DNA of 64,000 nucleotides from Dicyema japonicum (taxonomy: Eukaryota; Animalia; Dicyemida). Below, piece after piece: positions 37,681 through 51,001 of the stretch; within the stretch, counting starts at the first letter, position 1, and the number at the start of each line of letters is the position of its first letter. The DNA lies in NCBI GenBank assembly GCA_011109175.1, contig RDEW01000024.1, positions 663,035 through 727,034 of the forward strand, given 5' to 3'. Below the pieces are notes generated by a model. The model made no database searches. It was given only the letters and a program-made list of their open reading frames with translations, and was not told the DNA's origin. The translations under genes and the position numbers were made by a program.

Positions 37681-39005
37681 GATATCTTCATTCAAGTAAC
37701 CACATGGAACCACGTGGTAATTAGTATGATTAGTCCGACTTCTTTGACTAATTATGGTAAAGCTAGTAATTTTTGTAAACGTACATTTTCTGATTTTGAA
37801 CAGGAACCTTCGAAAATCCCTGAAGACTACAGGGTAGTCTTAATAGGATTAAGGATGAATACGTTATTTACATGGACCTGTTACTTTAAAGGAATTTTTC
37901 GCTACCAAAATCGATATTAGTGCTCCCCTGAAACATCCTTTCTCTGAGGAAGGGGGAGTGTTAAACATAAATTATAGTGAAGGCCAGTTCTCAAGAGTAT
38001 ACTAAATCATTCAATATACCAACGATTTAGCGCGGTTGTAAAATTTATACATGGAAGCTTAAGTGCACTCGAGTGCGGATTGTCGCTGAGAAAAAATGGT
38101 TGATTTATTCTCTTAAAGATTAGCCATGACAGTTAAAGTTCTGTTTTTTTAATTTTGAGATTAATATTGAATTTAGAAATTTTTATTAAAATATTTAAAA
38201 TTTCCACGCGGTAAATGAGTGATGATGTGGTCAATAAATTGCAGTCATTGAAACGAGGTTAACTAATGAGTATAATCGGTTTAGTTTACTCTTTGTTGCA
38301 GAAAGACGTTGTATTAAAGACATCTGGTAGTTCTTAACAACTTATTCTTAGTTCTTGAGAAAGTTCAAAAGTTCCTTCCTGACTTAATTTCTGCCAACGA
38401 ACAGTTAGACTCACAAGCTACGATTGAGTGCGATGATTCTGACGAAGACCACGTGGAGATGGTAGATGTTTATTTCTATCAGAATATACTATTTGGAGTG
38501 GATGACGAGGGAGTTACCCAGTTAGGGCTAGACAGCTCAGATGAAGACGAATAATTAAATTTTACAATAAAATTATTTTCATAATCACGTGTCTATTCCG
38601 TGGAAACGTTATGAGATTGTTTAAAGAATACCTACAAATTATTTTCGTCTTGGTTCTGTCTGTGTCACTTAGTATTTTAACACGAAGGCTCAACAGTTCT
38701 AGGAATTCGTTACCCATCAAATATGCTGTGGATCATATCTTTAAAATGAGCATTTGAGTTGTTTCTTAGTAGATGAAGGAGTTGGGATTCTTAACTGTTT
38801 CACGTTAATAGCCGTTTGCCGACCAAAATGAGATGTAAGGAGTCGACGGCAATGGAAACTGTCTTTTGGCGCTAGAGCTAAGACAAAGTAGGTTGGGTAG
38901 GTTTCGAACGTTTGATCTTAGTATTCTAACAATCTATCAAAAAAGTCAAACTACTTTAAATTGGTGGAATTTCAACTTACTATGGCCATTCTTAGACGCT
39001 AAACC

Positions 39006-39800
39006 TTGACGAGGGTCTCCGAACTCTCTAGCGATATCGTTTTTATCTCTACAGCGTATGCGGGAGTTTCTCGATACAGGAGGGGACACCGGAGCGGAAC
39101 TTATTCCACTTGTCTACCTCGCTTACGAAACCAATTTTTCACTGGTTTTCGGGGACAAGATTATCTGTTCGGAGACTGGAGTCTAACAAGGGGACCCATT
39201 GGTCCACTTTTCTTCACTCTAGCCATCAATGAAATTGTCCGCTTTATCAAAACAGAACTAAACCTCCGGTATCTTGATGACGCCACGATTGGAGGGCCGC
39301 GGAGAAAAGTTTATGACGTTCTTTCATATGCCGTGTCGACACTAAGAAACCTCGGACTTGAGATAAATATAAAGAAATCGGAGCTAATAAGCATCACATA
39401 CTCGGAGAGTGATTTTATCAACGTGTTCGAGTCTTTTAAGTCGGTCTACCTGGAATTACTGTCGTACCCAGGGAGCGGACATACTTTCTTGGGTGCCCAC
39501 TTGACGAAAAGGAACTGCAGAGCTATCAACTAAAAATAGAGGATGAACTCTCTAGAGTCACGGAGAAACTCTCCTTAATCGATGCTCATACAGCGTTCTT
39601 CCTCTTGATGAATAGCATCGGCTTGCCCAAACCCCTGTACACTCTCCGATGTTTTCCCTTCTTCAAACATCGTGACATTCTTTTGTCACTAGATAGGACA
39701 TTGAGAAAATCAACTGAATTGCTTCTAGACATTTACTTTAATGTGCCGAGTGGGAACCAATGCAAGATTCCTACACGCTTCGGAGGTACGGGTATCAGGT
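39006..39800 (+). mobile_element. CRE-clade RT remnant
   Basis: GPLFFTLAINEIV, YLDDATIGG, LGLEINIKKSE, DAHTAFFLL..GLPKPLYTLRC, GGTGIR. Confidence 0.8.
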
Positions 39801-40770
39801 AGGCTAAGACAATATCGTCTGCACAAGCCAGAAGCAGGTCGTTTCTCCAATCGGAGTCGGAATGTCAGCCGTAAATAAATTGAATAGGAATGGTGATAGC
39901 GGCGAAGTTAATAAATAATATTTTATTTTAAATAAAGTAAACTATTGGATAATATATTTATTTATTATAATGAAAAACTAAAAATAATAGTAACTTAATT
40001 ATTTAATCACCACCCTTTAATTTTGGTGAGAGCTACTTAATCCCTGGAGACGGCACTAATCTTTTATCTCTTCCACGTTGAGTCTCCTCTCCGAGGTCAT
40101 ACTCGACCTCGACACGTCAGTACGTCATCTGAGTATATCAAAGAACCCTCATCCAAGCACAGTGATCCATGGGATGTTGTCCTGATGTCGATTCCAGTAC
40201 TCGTCACCAGGGTAAAATTAATAGATGGATCCTTTTGAATCGATATTTTTTTGGATACAATTTTTAATATATCGGGCTCAGCTATTCGTGTAGTTCCGAC
40301 TTTATTAATTTTCATTAGTGAGTTTTTTTAATTGAGCAGTTTTTGTTATTTTTATAAATGAAAAAAGCTGTTCTTAGATATGCCGAATCAAAACAAGAAT
40401 GATTTTTGTCTATTTCTGGGGGTTTCTGTCCTCCTTACAGACCCGAAAGAATCCGGCTCCTCGAGTACGGGATTAACCATTGATCCAGAATGAAGCCCAT
40501 CATAAATATAGTTTTCCGTAAATTGAATTGATTCTGTGGAGCGTAGTCTCTGGACATGTGCTTAACGTGGTGTCTTGTGGCTCACCCGAAAAGGTGTCAC
40601 CCATTCCGGAAAGAAAAGAAAAGAGCCATCAACCTTTCCCCACCACTTGGAGGTTTCCGTAAGGATATCTTGCAGTATATTTTTTTTTATATCTTTATAT
40701 ATTTTTTTTCATTAAAAAAATATATATTTTTTAAAATTATTTTAATAAAAAATAGACAGAATTAATTAAA

Positions 40771-41942
40771 ATGATCAACTTAATTTTCCTTGTTGTAATT
40801 TTTAATAACTTTATTTCATCTAAAATTCATTTCAAATACGAATCAATCAATTATTCACTTAAAGACGATGAATATTATGAAATTCAATGGAATAATTTCA
40901 TAGAAAAATATAGTTAAATTTATTTTTACTTATTTTAAGATAAATCATATTCTGGCTTAGAACTACAGGTTAGAAAGGCTATTTTTACTGAAAACTTAAT
41001 CTTTATTGATAAACACAATATACTTTTTTATCAAGGAAGATTTTTGTATAAATTGGGAATTAATCAGTTCGCTGACCTGGTTTAATTACAATATATTTTT
41101 GTAGACAAGAAGGGAATTTAGAAAACCAAACAAATTCAAGTTTAATTCTTATTCTAATCAAACAAACAAAAATGAATTATTAGAAGATTATATTGTGTAT
41201 ACAAATAAAACAAGATATCCCAAATCATTTAGTTGGGTAAAACGAAACTGTGTAACTGATATAAAAATGCAAGGAGGTTTTTGTGGGTCTTGCTATGCAT
41301 TTGGAGCAGTTAACCAATGTTTAACGCATTTAGTTGGCTACGTTGGAGTCACATTATGCAATCAAACACAATATTCTTATATCTATGAGTGAACAAAACA
41401 TTGTAGATTGTGTATATGAACATGGATGCATTGGTGGATCTGTCGATGATGTTTATGATTACATTAAAAATAACGGAGGAATTAATTCTGAAAAACGATA
41501 TCCATATGTGACTAATGTAATGTCTCTATCTATAACTCAATATGAGGGTGAATGTAAATATGATGGTAAACCAAATATTAAACTTAATTTGACTGATTAT
41601 AAAACACTTAATAATGGTAACGAACAAATGCTTATGGACTATCTCATTAAAGTTGGTCCTATTACTGCTCAAGTTGATGGTTCTTTAATAAACATGCAAA
41701 CTTATCGCCGAGGTAAATATAAATGAAACGTTTTAGGACTATACCATGTTAGGAATTGTCATAACTTGAACTATAATCATGTAATTTCTGTTGTTGGTTA
41801 TAGAATTATGAAAGGTGAAAAGTATTGGCTTATCAAAAATGGATGGGGAAAAGCATGGAGAATACATGGATACTTCAAACTGTCACTTGGGAAATATAAC
41901 TGTAGATTTCCTATCGGTCCAATTTATCCTATAATCGAATAA
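40771..41942 (+). CDS. CTSL: Cathepsin L-like C1A cysteine protease, complete preproenzyme
   Basis: Signal peptide; ERFNIN (ELQVRKAIFTENLIFIDKHN); GINQFADL; QGGFCGSCYAF (catalytic Cys); SEQNIVDC; NHVISVVGY (His); YWLIKNGWG (Asn). Introns of 27, 25, 25 and 24 nt plus an optional 30-nt in-frame one; TAA 41940-41942. The symbol is family-level. Confidence 0.92.
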
Positions 41943-42018
41943 TTTGATCGTTTGATTAGTTAACTTTACGTTTTTAAGGGATTTAATGGTTTTAAACTTT
42001 TAGGACAATCCTCTACAC

Positions 42019-42470
42019 CAGTGTTTCCCAACATGGGATCTGCAAGATTTTTAATAGAACAACCGTGAGAGTGTGGTGTCTGCGGAATGTAGTGTATCCC
42101 TAACATCGCTTTCATGAAAGAAGAGGGGACTTACATTTTCTTCATTTTTCTGCGTGATAACAGTTTATTCGACTTCTGTGCTCCTTGTGTGAAATTTTCG
42201 TGTATAATTTTTTTCAAATTGTTCACATCTCTTTGAGCATAATCCTCCTCAGACGATATTTCCTTGCTTTTTACTACGTTTCGATTAGCTTTCCATACTT
42301 CTCTCGAGCAAGATTTGGATTTACTGCTGTGAGCACACGATTACACTTCAACCTCTGTTCCCTGAGCTCTTTGGTTGTTATTTCATTATTCAATGCTCTA
42401 ATCTGGTTTTTCGAACTACGGTTTCTCATTAAAAACAGAAAATTGACCTGATTTTACTTCAAGAAAGCAG
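42019..42470 (-). mobile_element. hAT (Buster/Charlie-like) element terminus with transposase 3' remnant
   Basis: CAGTGTTTCCCAAC TIR start at 42019, preceded by the 8-mer CTCTACAC (NNNTANNN target pattern). Confidence 0.6.
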
Positions 42471-42479
42471 ACTTACTTC

Positions 42480-44320
42480 ATCATCGCCTACCTTGCATTT
42501 TCCAGCATACAATTACATCCGCCTGGACCGCTCAAAAAGTCGTGGTGGGGAGTCTCCTCATAAGAGATAACATTCGATTTAAGGACTTTCAGCCAAACTA
42601 CAATCACTGATAAACGATAAGAGCACTTAAATATCTAGGATTTCAATTACAATTGGATTCGTGACTCTCAACATTACAAACATCTACGTCCCCCTCCATT
42701 TTCTTGCCCAAAAAGATTCTCTCTAAATAAACCAACTTAAACAAGTTGGAAACCTGATCTTGTGTGGAGTCGTTAATGCTAAAAATCCTGCCTGGTTAAC
42801 ATCCAGCAGACTCAAGAGGATTATCCTTATTAAACCAACTCATCACATCCAGCAGACTCAAGAGGATTATCCTTATTAAACCAACTCACCTCTCTGACTA
42901 TTCTCAACAACCCCAGGAAGCACACTAGGACTCCCTACAAGGAAAACGAAGCATCAAAGTTCCCAGACAATACCGTCTGTTCCCCAAACCTTGCACCGGA
43001 CACATCTTGACGGTGCATTATGGATTATCTTCCGACCACAATCATTATTTGAATCAAAAAAAGTTCTTTACCACAGAAAAGAGACTGTTTCATTTTTCAA
43101 CTATAAAAAGACAAACTGGAATGACGATTCAAAATACATCTATCAAGCTCTAGTAAACTTTGACATGATATACAGCCGATTAACTTTATTTCACATTCAG
43201 ATGTCAGTGAGGGTTTGAAAAGGATGAATTCTTCCCTCTCATGTGGGCCTGATTCTATCCCTGGTATCTTACTAAAACACCTTGGACCTATAGCGATTGA
43301 TGCAATCAGTGATTTTCAACTATTTAATAAACATGAATACAATTCCAACTATCTGGAAACTGTCCTATATACGCCCAATCCTTAAGCCTAAGGAAATCCT
43401 GCATCATTTGGACGAATCTCTTTACTATGCACTCAAAGTTATTGGAAAAATTGATTCTTAATCTTATAACCCCGTCCCTTCCTTTTTCGTCCTTACAACA
43501 TGGATTCAGAAGGGGTCATTAGACTTCTACCCACCTAACTTCTCTCAACCAATTTATCATTGAAGGCTTTAACACAAATCCTCGTCACCTCAAAACAGTC
43601 GTTTGCTCGATCGATTTGCAAAAGGCCTTCGACTCTGTCTCAATGAAAATCCTAACCCGGAAATTGTTTGCCCTCCTCGTCAACCCTAATATAAACTGAC
43701 AGTGGATTTTATCAACAGACAAAAATATTTTCACGAAGAAACTGAAAATTTTGTGGATCATCTTCGACACACATATGTCTTTTTCATTTCACGCCGACGA
43801 TGTCTCTGGAAGCAGCTCAAGAAAGCTAAGGATAATCAAAACTTTTTTCGGTGACATTAAAACCCCTTTCCCAGCTTTGAAATTGTTGCACAAACAATTC
43901 ATTGACCCATCTGTTAGCTATGCCTGTACGTCATGGGGGATCAATCTGTCCTGGACGAACAGACAAAGAATCCGGGTCATTCAGGCCTTAACAGCCACTA
44001 CTATTAGTAATCTCGGGAAACTAGAAAAATTAATACCCTCATCACTTGAAGACCTTATCCTACAAAATAGAAAGGGATTTGCTACCCTGTGCAAGCAGTG
44101 CAACTCTCAACAATATACAGCCACGACGTGTCTTATGAGAAGGGTACACATCACCCCTCTCCAATTCCTATTTCCAAAACCACCCAGCCCACAGAGAAGT
44201 TGTGTTGGATCCCAGAAGGCGCACGAGGAGAAAATGAGAATTCTGATTGAGGCCTTCGAGATCACTTAATTTAGTAATTAATTTAACTATTGGTGTTCTT
44301 GGGTTAATAATAATAAATTT
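42480..44320 (+). mobile_element. Jockey/I-like LINE (APE plus RT) pseudogene; further copies 51748-53000 and 53907-54870
   Basis: RLDRSKSRGG, NITNIYVP, SCGPDSIPG, QHGFRRGH, CSIDLQKAFDSV, ISYACTSWG; 3' end GGGTTAATAATAATAAAT. Confidence 0.85.
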
Positions 44321-44714
44321 AAAAAAATAACAAAATGAGCTATCGAGATAAGTCTCGGAGACATCAAGTCTCACGTAGATCCTTGGTGACCTTTTGGATC
44401 ACTGAGCCTATCCAACGGACTAGATAGTTCGCTTGTGAGCCAAGGATTCGTGACGTCACAACAGTAAATGAAACAAACAAATGATCCTCAAACAGTAATT
44501 GAGACAACTTTCTTCTCTTCTGATCCTCAGTATGTCTGGTAGCGTGACCTGGGTTCGAGACTGAGGCGACCAAAATTTTCTGGGAGTACGTATCAACACT
44601 CGTAGCGTCCTAGTCCTGGTTCCGATCAGAAGCAAATAAATATATAACCTTCGAAATAAATTAACTACCATCAAATGTCAAAAAAGGATAATTTGGAAAA
44701 AAAAGTAAATAAAA

Positions 44715-44786
44715 TGCCCGAGGTAGGAGTTGAACCAACGACCTTTAGATCTTCAGTCTAACGCTCTTCCGCTGAGCTACTCGGGC
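44715..44786 (-). tRNA. tRNA-Phe: tRNA-Phe (GAA)
   Basis: GCCCGAG TA GCTC AGCGGAA GAGC G TTAGA CTGAAGA TCTAA AGGTC GTTGG TTCAACT CCTAC CTCGGGC A folds as a cloverleaf with one T-stem mismatch; TTTT terminator immediately 3'. Confidence 0.92.
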
Positions 44787-45443
44787 ATTCTTATCTATAT
44801 CTTAGTGAATTATCATGTCGTTCTATAGGTACTTGTCTCTGCGACTGCATCGTAGGAATATACTTCAATACAGGAACCTCCACTATTATCTCACCGTTTG
44901 AAAATCTGTAGAGTGAATATGTTTATTGTTAACTCCCGACCTTAGTAATCTTTTACTCGAATTCCAACACGTGCTACATTCAAGGCAATCTGAAAGTCCG
45001 AATTGTAATGACTTTTAAGATATTGTCTTCTTATTGTGTTTTTAACTAACTCTTCGCATTCATGGACAAGAGAGGAATGACAGAAGATCCCCAAAGCTCT
45101 CCAATTTTTGGGTAGACTAGAGCCGAACGCATCTGACACTCCCTTCGTTCAAAATTTCAGGTTTTCGCCGACCCCCAAGTCCGTCACTTCGTCCAACTCC
45201 ATTACACGACAAGATGGAAGACATAAACTTTCATCCACCACAAAAGGGAAGTAGAAATCTCATGCAATATACGTACGACCACCTCAACCTCCACCAACTA
45301 ACCACTCGACTAACTGGACCTCTTGAAGTCTTCCACAGAATTACTAATAAAACCATAATTCACTGTAATTATGCAGAAAGCAATCAATAAAGCACAATAA
45401 TGACAATTTGTCAACAATCACACATTAATTTGATCGCCTATAA

Positions 45444-45957
45444 ATGTCTCCAATGAAGAGCTCAACGATGGAGGCTATTGAGGGTGACTGGATATCGCAC
45501 CGGGACGAGAACTACTCACTGGTATTCCAAAAAAGTGGGTCTTGAGTGTCTTTACTACAGATTACATCCACATCGTAGAAACTATGATGAACTCCCAGCC
45601 ACAAATCCTCGATATCAAGTATTCGGAGGGTAAATTTTACATCGACCACTATTCGATTCTCTTCAGTAAGCGGTCCGTGGTAACTCCCAATGGATCACAT
45701 CAGGAAGAGTTCTCGTCGACTAAATATCTGGTATAGTATATGCATATTATGGCTAACTCGGAATATTCCGATGGGGTTTTGGTCACTAATTTAAGGGCCA
45801 CTAACGATGAGGCCGTCATAAAGGAACTGCAAATTATCTACTCCCGGCTTGGCTCTGAGTTGGAAATTGTAATTTATTATTTTCATTTTAGAGGTATCAG
45901 TTTGAAGACCGATCCTATGGGAGTTTGTTTTTCACACAGGGGACACTCATAGATGAA
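45444..45957 (+). CDS. Fatty acid-binding protein (FABP/iLBP) family gene, 4 exons; intron 2 acceptor is non-canonical as assembled
   Basis: MEAIEGDWISHRDENY (cf. F-x-G-x-W-x-L-x-x-S-x-N-F). Introns 45535-45560 (phase 1), 45731-45751 (phase 0, ends TG) and 45869-45891 (phase 0) match the classical FABP intron positions and phases. Stop TGA 45955-45957. Confidence 0.72.
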
Positions 45958-47179
45958 CAGTCCATTTAATGACTAACTTTCTGTTTTGGCCGTTAATTTT
46001 ACTATTTTTGATTGCGCTGTTGTTGGGTTTAACTACCGCATTGCTACCTTCCGAGGATTCCGTTTCGCTTTGTTCCTTCTCCAATTCCTACGATATGTCT
46101 CAGAGACGCCCAGTCTTTCTCTGTGGCCTTAAAATGATTTCTCTCTTACTTACTTCATTAGAAGGGTTTCAATAATGAGGGATATGGATGGTTACATGTG
46201 GTTTGGTCAGCAGTCTATAGCTATAATAGTAGGGAAATCAAGAGAGTGATTGACGAAATCTATTGATTGTAGATTTTTATGTACTAACTGAGTGATTCAA
46301 GACCGACAAAGTGGACGACGAGTCCGGCGGAGTCGAGAATCTTGTACTGATCTTTTAATCAGGCATGACATCGGCTCAAATTTTTTATGAACTTGGTAGA
46401 CTGACTGCCTCTAAGCTTTTCGTTGTAATTCAATAAAGAGATTTTCAATATGCGGGATCTTGTGTTTTGTCCAATGATCCTTATTACAGTCTCCTGTACT
46501 GCGCATCACCATGTAGAATAAAAGAGTCCTTGGTGGAAGGTGACTCCATGGTGGTTGGTGTATTGTTAATCGGTATCATGTTTATGTTGAGTAGGATGAT
46601 TGGTTGAATATGAAAGTTAGTGTTGAAAGTGTCGTGAACGGTTTGGAGGGGTACATCCAGCCGTATTCGAGCAAGCCAGGGCGTTAACAGGTATCGAATG
46701 TCCTGCTTCAGTGGCAACTTGATAGTCTTGATGTCTGCAGCAAGGACAATGTCGTTGGCGAATGATATGAGAAGACAATCTTTTTTGGGTGGGATAGGCA
46801 ATTATGTACATATTTTTATTTATTTTTTAATAACCCCGGGAACACAGAGAAAGAAAGACAAAAGATTCAAACAGTTAGGTGATCTCAGTCCTCGTAATCA
46901 ATTGTGCCATTCGACGTCTTTGATCTTCTATTGTCCCTACTACTTTCCGGAAGAGCTTTCTCTCGGTCTTGCAGAGGAAGCCGATTGGGGAGGGGAATTT
47001 CTTATCCAATCGGTTTTCTCTTGCCATGGAAAGGATCAGGCGAAGCGGGTTTCTATCTTCCTCGTTTGTGGCTAGTAGCTGTGGAGGTCTCGATGGCTTG
47101 CGGTCAGGTCACATCAAGATCTTACGGCGGGGACTACAGCAGAAGCTGGCCGCAACCTTGTCAAATCAATTACAAAACT

Positions 47180-48545
47180 GGTTATGCGTATTTTGAACGA
47201 AGATATTCCTCCTCACCCAAGGGAGATTTTTTTCAGTGCACATCTACTGGCCTTCAAAAAACCCGAAGGTGGGGTCCACCCCATCGCGGTCGGCATCTAT
47301 TTTAGAAGACAAACAGCGAAAATCGCATGCAGTATTGTCTGTCGAGAATATCTAAAGAATTTTGCCCCTCCAACTGGAGGTCGGTGCAAGGAACGGATGC
47401 GCAGTGCATGTTTTTTTGGACAGAAAGACAGCAAAGCCCACACATTGGGACCAAGCTGGACATCTGCAATGTTTTCAAGGGATCAAATTTTCGAAACTAC
47501 GAGCAAACGAGCTCCGGACTTATTCCACTTGTCTACCTCGCTTACGGAACCAATTCTTCACTGGTTTTCGGGGACAAGATTATCTGTTCGGAGACTGGAG
47601 TCTAACAAGGGGACCCACTTGGTCCACTTCTCTTTCACTCTAGCCATCAATGAAATTGTCCACTTTATCAAAACAGAAATAAACCTCCGGTATCTTGATT
47701 ACGCCACGATTGCATGGCCGCGGAGAAAAGTTTATGACGTTCGTTTCTATGCCGTGGCGACACTACGAAACCTCGGACTTGAGATAAATATAAAGAAATC
47801 GGAGTTAATAAGCATCACATACTTGGAGAGTGATTTTATCAACGTGTTCGAGTCTTTTAAGTCGGTCTACCTGGAATTACTGTCGTACCCAGGAAGCGGA
47901 CATACTTTCTTGGGTGCCCACTTGACGAAAAGGAACTGCAGAGCTATCAACTAAAAATAGAGGATGAACTCTCTAGAATCATGGAGAAATTCTCCTTACT
48001 CGATGCTCATACAGCGTTCTTCCTCTTGAAGAATAGCATCGGATTGCCCAAACCCCTGTACACTCTCAGATGTTCTCCCTGCTTCAAACATCGTGACATC
48101 CTCCTGTCACTAAATTGGACATTGATAAAATCAGCTGAATTGCTTCTAAACATCCACTTTGATGTGCCGAGTTGGAACCAATGCAAGATTCCTACACCCC
48201 TCGGAGGTACGGGTCTCAGGTCGGCGCTGGAGATCGCCTTTCCAGCATATGTGTCATCGCTCTCAAGTGGAAGTTTTTTGGTTCAAGATATCCTAATTTT
48301 TCTATTCGAACTTTCATGGGAAATCGTCTTCGACGAAGCTCGTCGAGAATGGTGTGAAACTGGTTTGATACGCTGAACGATCCTTCGAGGCAACGTGACT
48401 GGGATGATCTACTCCAAGAATATCTTAGACGTGCTAAAGTCTTAGACCAACCAGCATCGTCTTGCATGCCTTGTGTCCGTCGCCAACCATGGGAACGGAA
48501 AGTGATCCCGACGAATTGGACACTTATTTTGTCATCGGTTTTCAT
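47180..48545 (+). mobile_element. CRE-clade RT remnant (longer copy of 39006-39800)
   Basis: LLAFKKPEGGVHPIAVG, QQGDPLGPLLF-like segment, YLDYATI, GGTGLRSALEIAFPAYVSS. Confidence 0.85.
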
Positions 48546-49185
48546 TTTTGTTTTTTTCGATCAGTGTCTCCATGGGCGTCGGTGATTTGATGTTTTCCCC
48601 TGTATACCATCTCTCGCTTAGTTTGAAGGCCCTTTGTTGGATTGCGGAGATTTCTGGATGTTCGTATAAGAGGCCAGTGGTCCCCATGAAGTACACGCAT
48701 ATGAAATGCATGGTTCGATGTACTGTGAGTAGAGCGTTTTAAGTATAGGGTGATGTCCAATTTTCCATAGACCTGCTAGGAATTTCAGAAGGTTGATTTT
48801 CTTCTCACATTTGTTCAGCACGTTAGTGACGTGTCTCGAAAAATTCATGTGCGTATCGAAAGTCAGACCCAATATTTTTTGCCATTTGCTGAACGGCAAT
48901 GCTCTTCCCTCCCGAGTAACATCTATTGTCCTGTTAGACAATCTTTTGTCCGAGGTATAGAGAGTTGTAACAGATTTTTTCGGTATTGATTGACATCCGA
49001 TTTTCATTAAACCACTCGAGTAGTCGATCCATGTGGTGTTGTATTCTTTCCTTCGCAATTTGATTGTTCTGATCCCATGAGGCTAAGACGATATCGTCTG
49101 CATAAGCCAGAAGCAATTAGTCTTCTCCAATCGGCGTCGGAATGTCAGCCGTAAATAAATTGAATAGGAATGGTGATAGCGGCAA
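48545..49185 (-). mobile_element. Jockey/I-like RT fragment
   Basis: SPFLFNLFTADIP, LLAYADDIVL, WFNENRMSINTEK, KILGLTFDTHMNF, ISYACTSWG. Related decayed pieces at 46480-46800 and 57120-57470. Confidence 0.85.
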
Positions 49186-49949
49186 AGTTAATAAATAATA
49201 TTTTATTTTTAAATAAAGTAAACTATTGGATAATATATTTATTTATTATAATGAAAAACTAAAAATAATATGAACTTAATTATTTAATCACCACCCTTTA
49301 AATAAAATAAAATCACCACCCTTTAATTTTGGTGAGAGCTACTTAATCTCTGGAGACGGCACTAATCTTTTATCTCTTCCACGTTTAGTCTCCTCTCCGA
49401 GGTCATACTCGACCTCGACACGTCAGTACGTCATCTGAGTAAATCAGAGAACCTTCATCCAAGCACAGTGATCCATGGGATGTTGTCCTGATGTCGATTC
49501 CGCTCAGCTATTCGTGTAGTTCCGACTTTTATTAATTTTCATTAGTGAGTTTTTTCTTTGAGCAGTTTTTGTTAATTTTTTAAATAAAAAAGCTGTTCTT
49601 AGATATGCCAAACCAAAACAAGAATGATTTTTGTCTATTTCTGGGGGTTTCTGTCCTCCTTACAGACCCGAAAGAATCCGGTTCCGCGAGTAGGGGATTA
49701 ACCATTGATCCAGAATGAAGGCCCATCATAAATATAGTTTTCCGTATATTGAATTGATTCTGTGGAGCGTAGTCTCTGGACATGTGCTTAACGTGATGTC
49801 TTGTGACTCACCCGAAAAGGTGTCACCCATTCCGAAAAGAAAAGAAAAGAGCCATCAACCTTTCCCCACCACTTGGAGGTTTCCGTAAGGATATCTTGCA
49901 GTAATATCTAGCATTGGTACAAGTTCGAGAAATTCTTCATAAATATAAA

Positions 49950-50460
49950 AATCTGAATCAGTCTCTAAGAAAGATTGATAATTGTGCAATTCCAACAACG
50001 TCGACTGTTTCATTGGTCGAAATTGAAAAATAGTAGAATTTTAACAATTTAGACTAATTGGTGCTTCAAGTTCAAACACATTTCATTATGTGTTCGGCAA
50101 CATGTTTCTATGCTGCTTTGGTAAGACCCACTTTAAACCTGAAATGCTATAGTTAATGAAATATCTTTAAAATAAATTGGCGTTATCAGGAAAATTAATT
50201 TTTGCTGTTTTTACAAGGCATTGGTTGATGAAATCTCCATCGCAATATGATTTTCATTTATTGCAAGCATTCTGCTGATTTCATAGCTTGCAGTAACTGA
50301 TGACTACTGATTATGATTTTTTGAAAGAAGAGTTGTAACGTTGTTAAATCTTTTTGAAAATCATTCAGTTTAAGGCAAGCATCGGACTTTTCTGGTTTAA
50401 TGTTTTTTAGGTTGTAGTAATATACTCTGTGGCACAATAGAGACCGAAAACATCGACATA
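49950..50460 (-). mobile_element. hAT (GTF2IRD2/Buster-like) transposase N-terminal remnant
   Basis: LLCHRVYYYNLKNI..LQLFFQK..KSYCDGDFINQCL (cf. KPFSEGEFIKEC); present only in the second duplication unit. Confidence 0.45.
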
Positions 50461-51001
50461 ATTGAATCAAGATGGAGACTGTTTGGGCACGTGCTTAGAA
50501 TGGACATAAACGCCCCTGCAAATATAATAATTGTCAATTAGTTTAACAATGAGAACAAACAATCGTTCAGAAAAAGGCCTAGAGTCACCCTCTCTGTGGC
50601 TCTAAACAAGGATCTTAATGGAATTGGAAGAAACTTAGATCTGCAGTAACCTAGAGGATATACGGACAGATGCGCAAAGCAGAGGACGATGGAGAACGGA
50701 GGAGACAAGTCTTCCTTGGGTCTGTCTCTAGGCTATTTCTATATGAGTAACCTAAGTTACCACTAATAACGGAAAAGACCTAATCCAGGTAACCAGAACA
50801 CAGCCCGAACCCAAAAAGCTAATGAAGGATCAAGAAAAGACCATCTAGCAAAGATAATGCGATTATCAATTTCGTTGGATCAAGAAAAGACCATCTAGCA
50901 AAGATAATGCGATTATCAATTTCGTTTGGATAAACTCATAAAAAACAAAAATATATATTTTTTAAAATTATTTAAATAAAAAATAGACAGAATTAATTTA
51001 A

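Noticed and set aside
42803-42890. Short exact tandem duplications (about 48 bp here, about 50 bp near 50829-50927)
   Set aside because: They lie inside decayed elements and are best explained by slippage or assembly.
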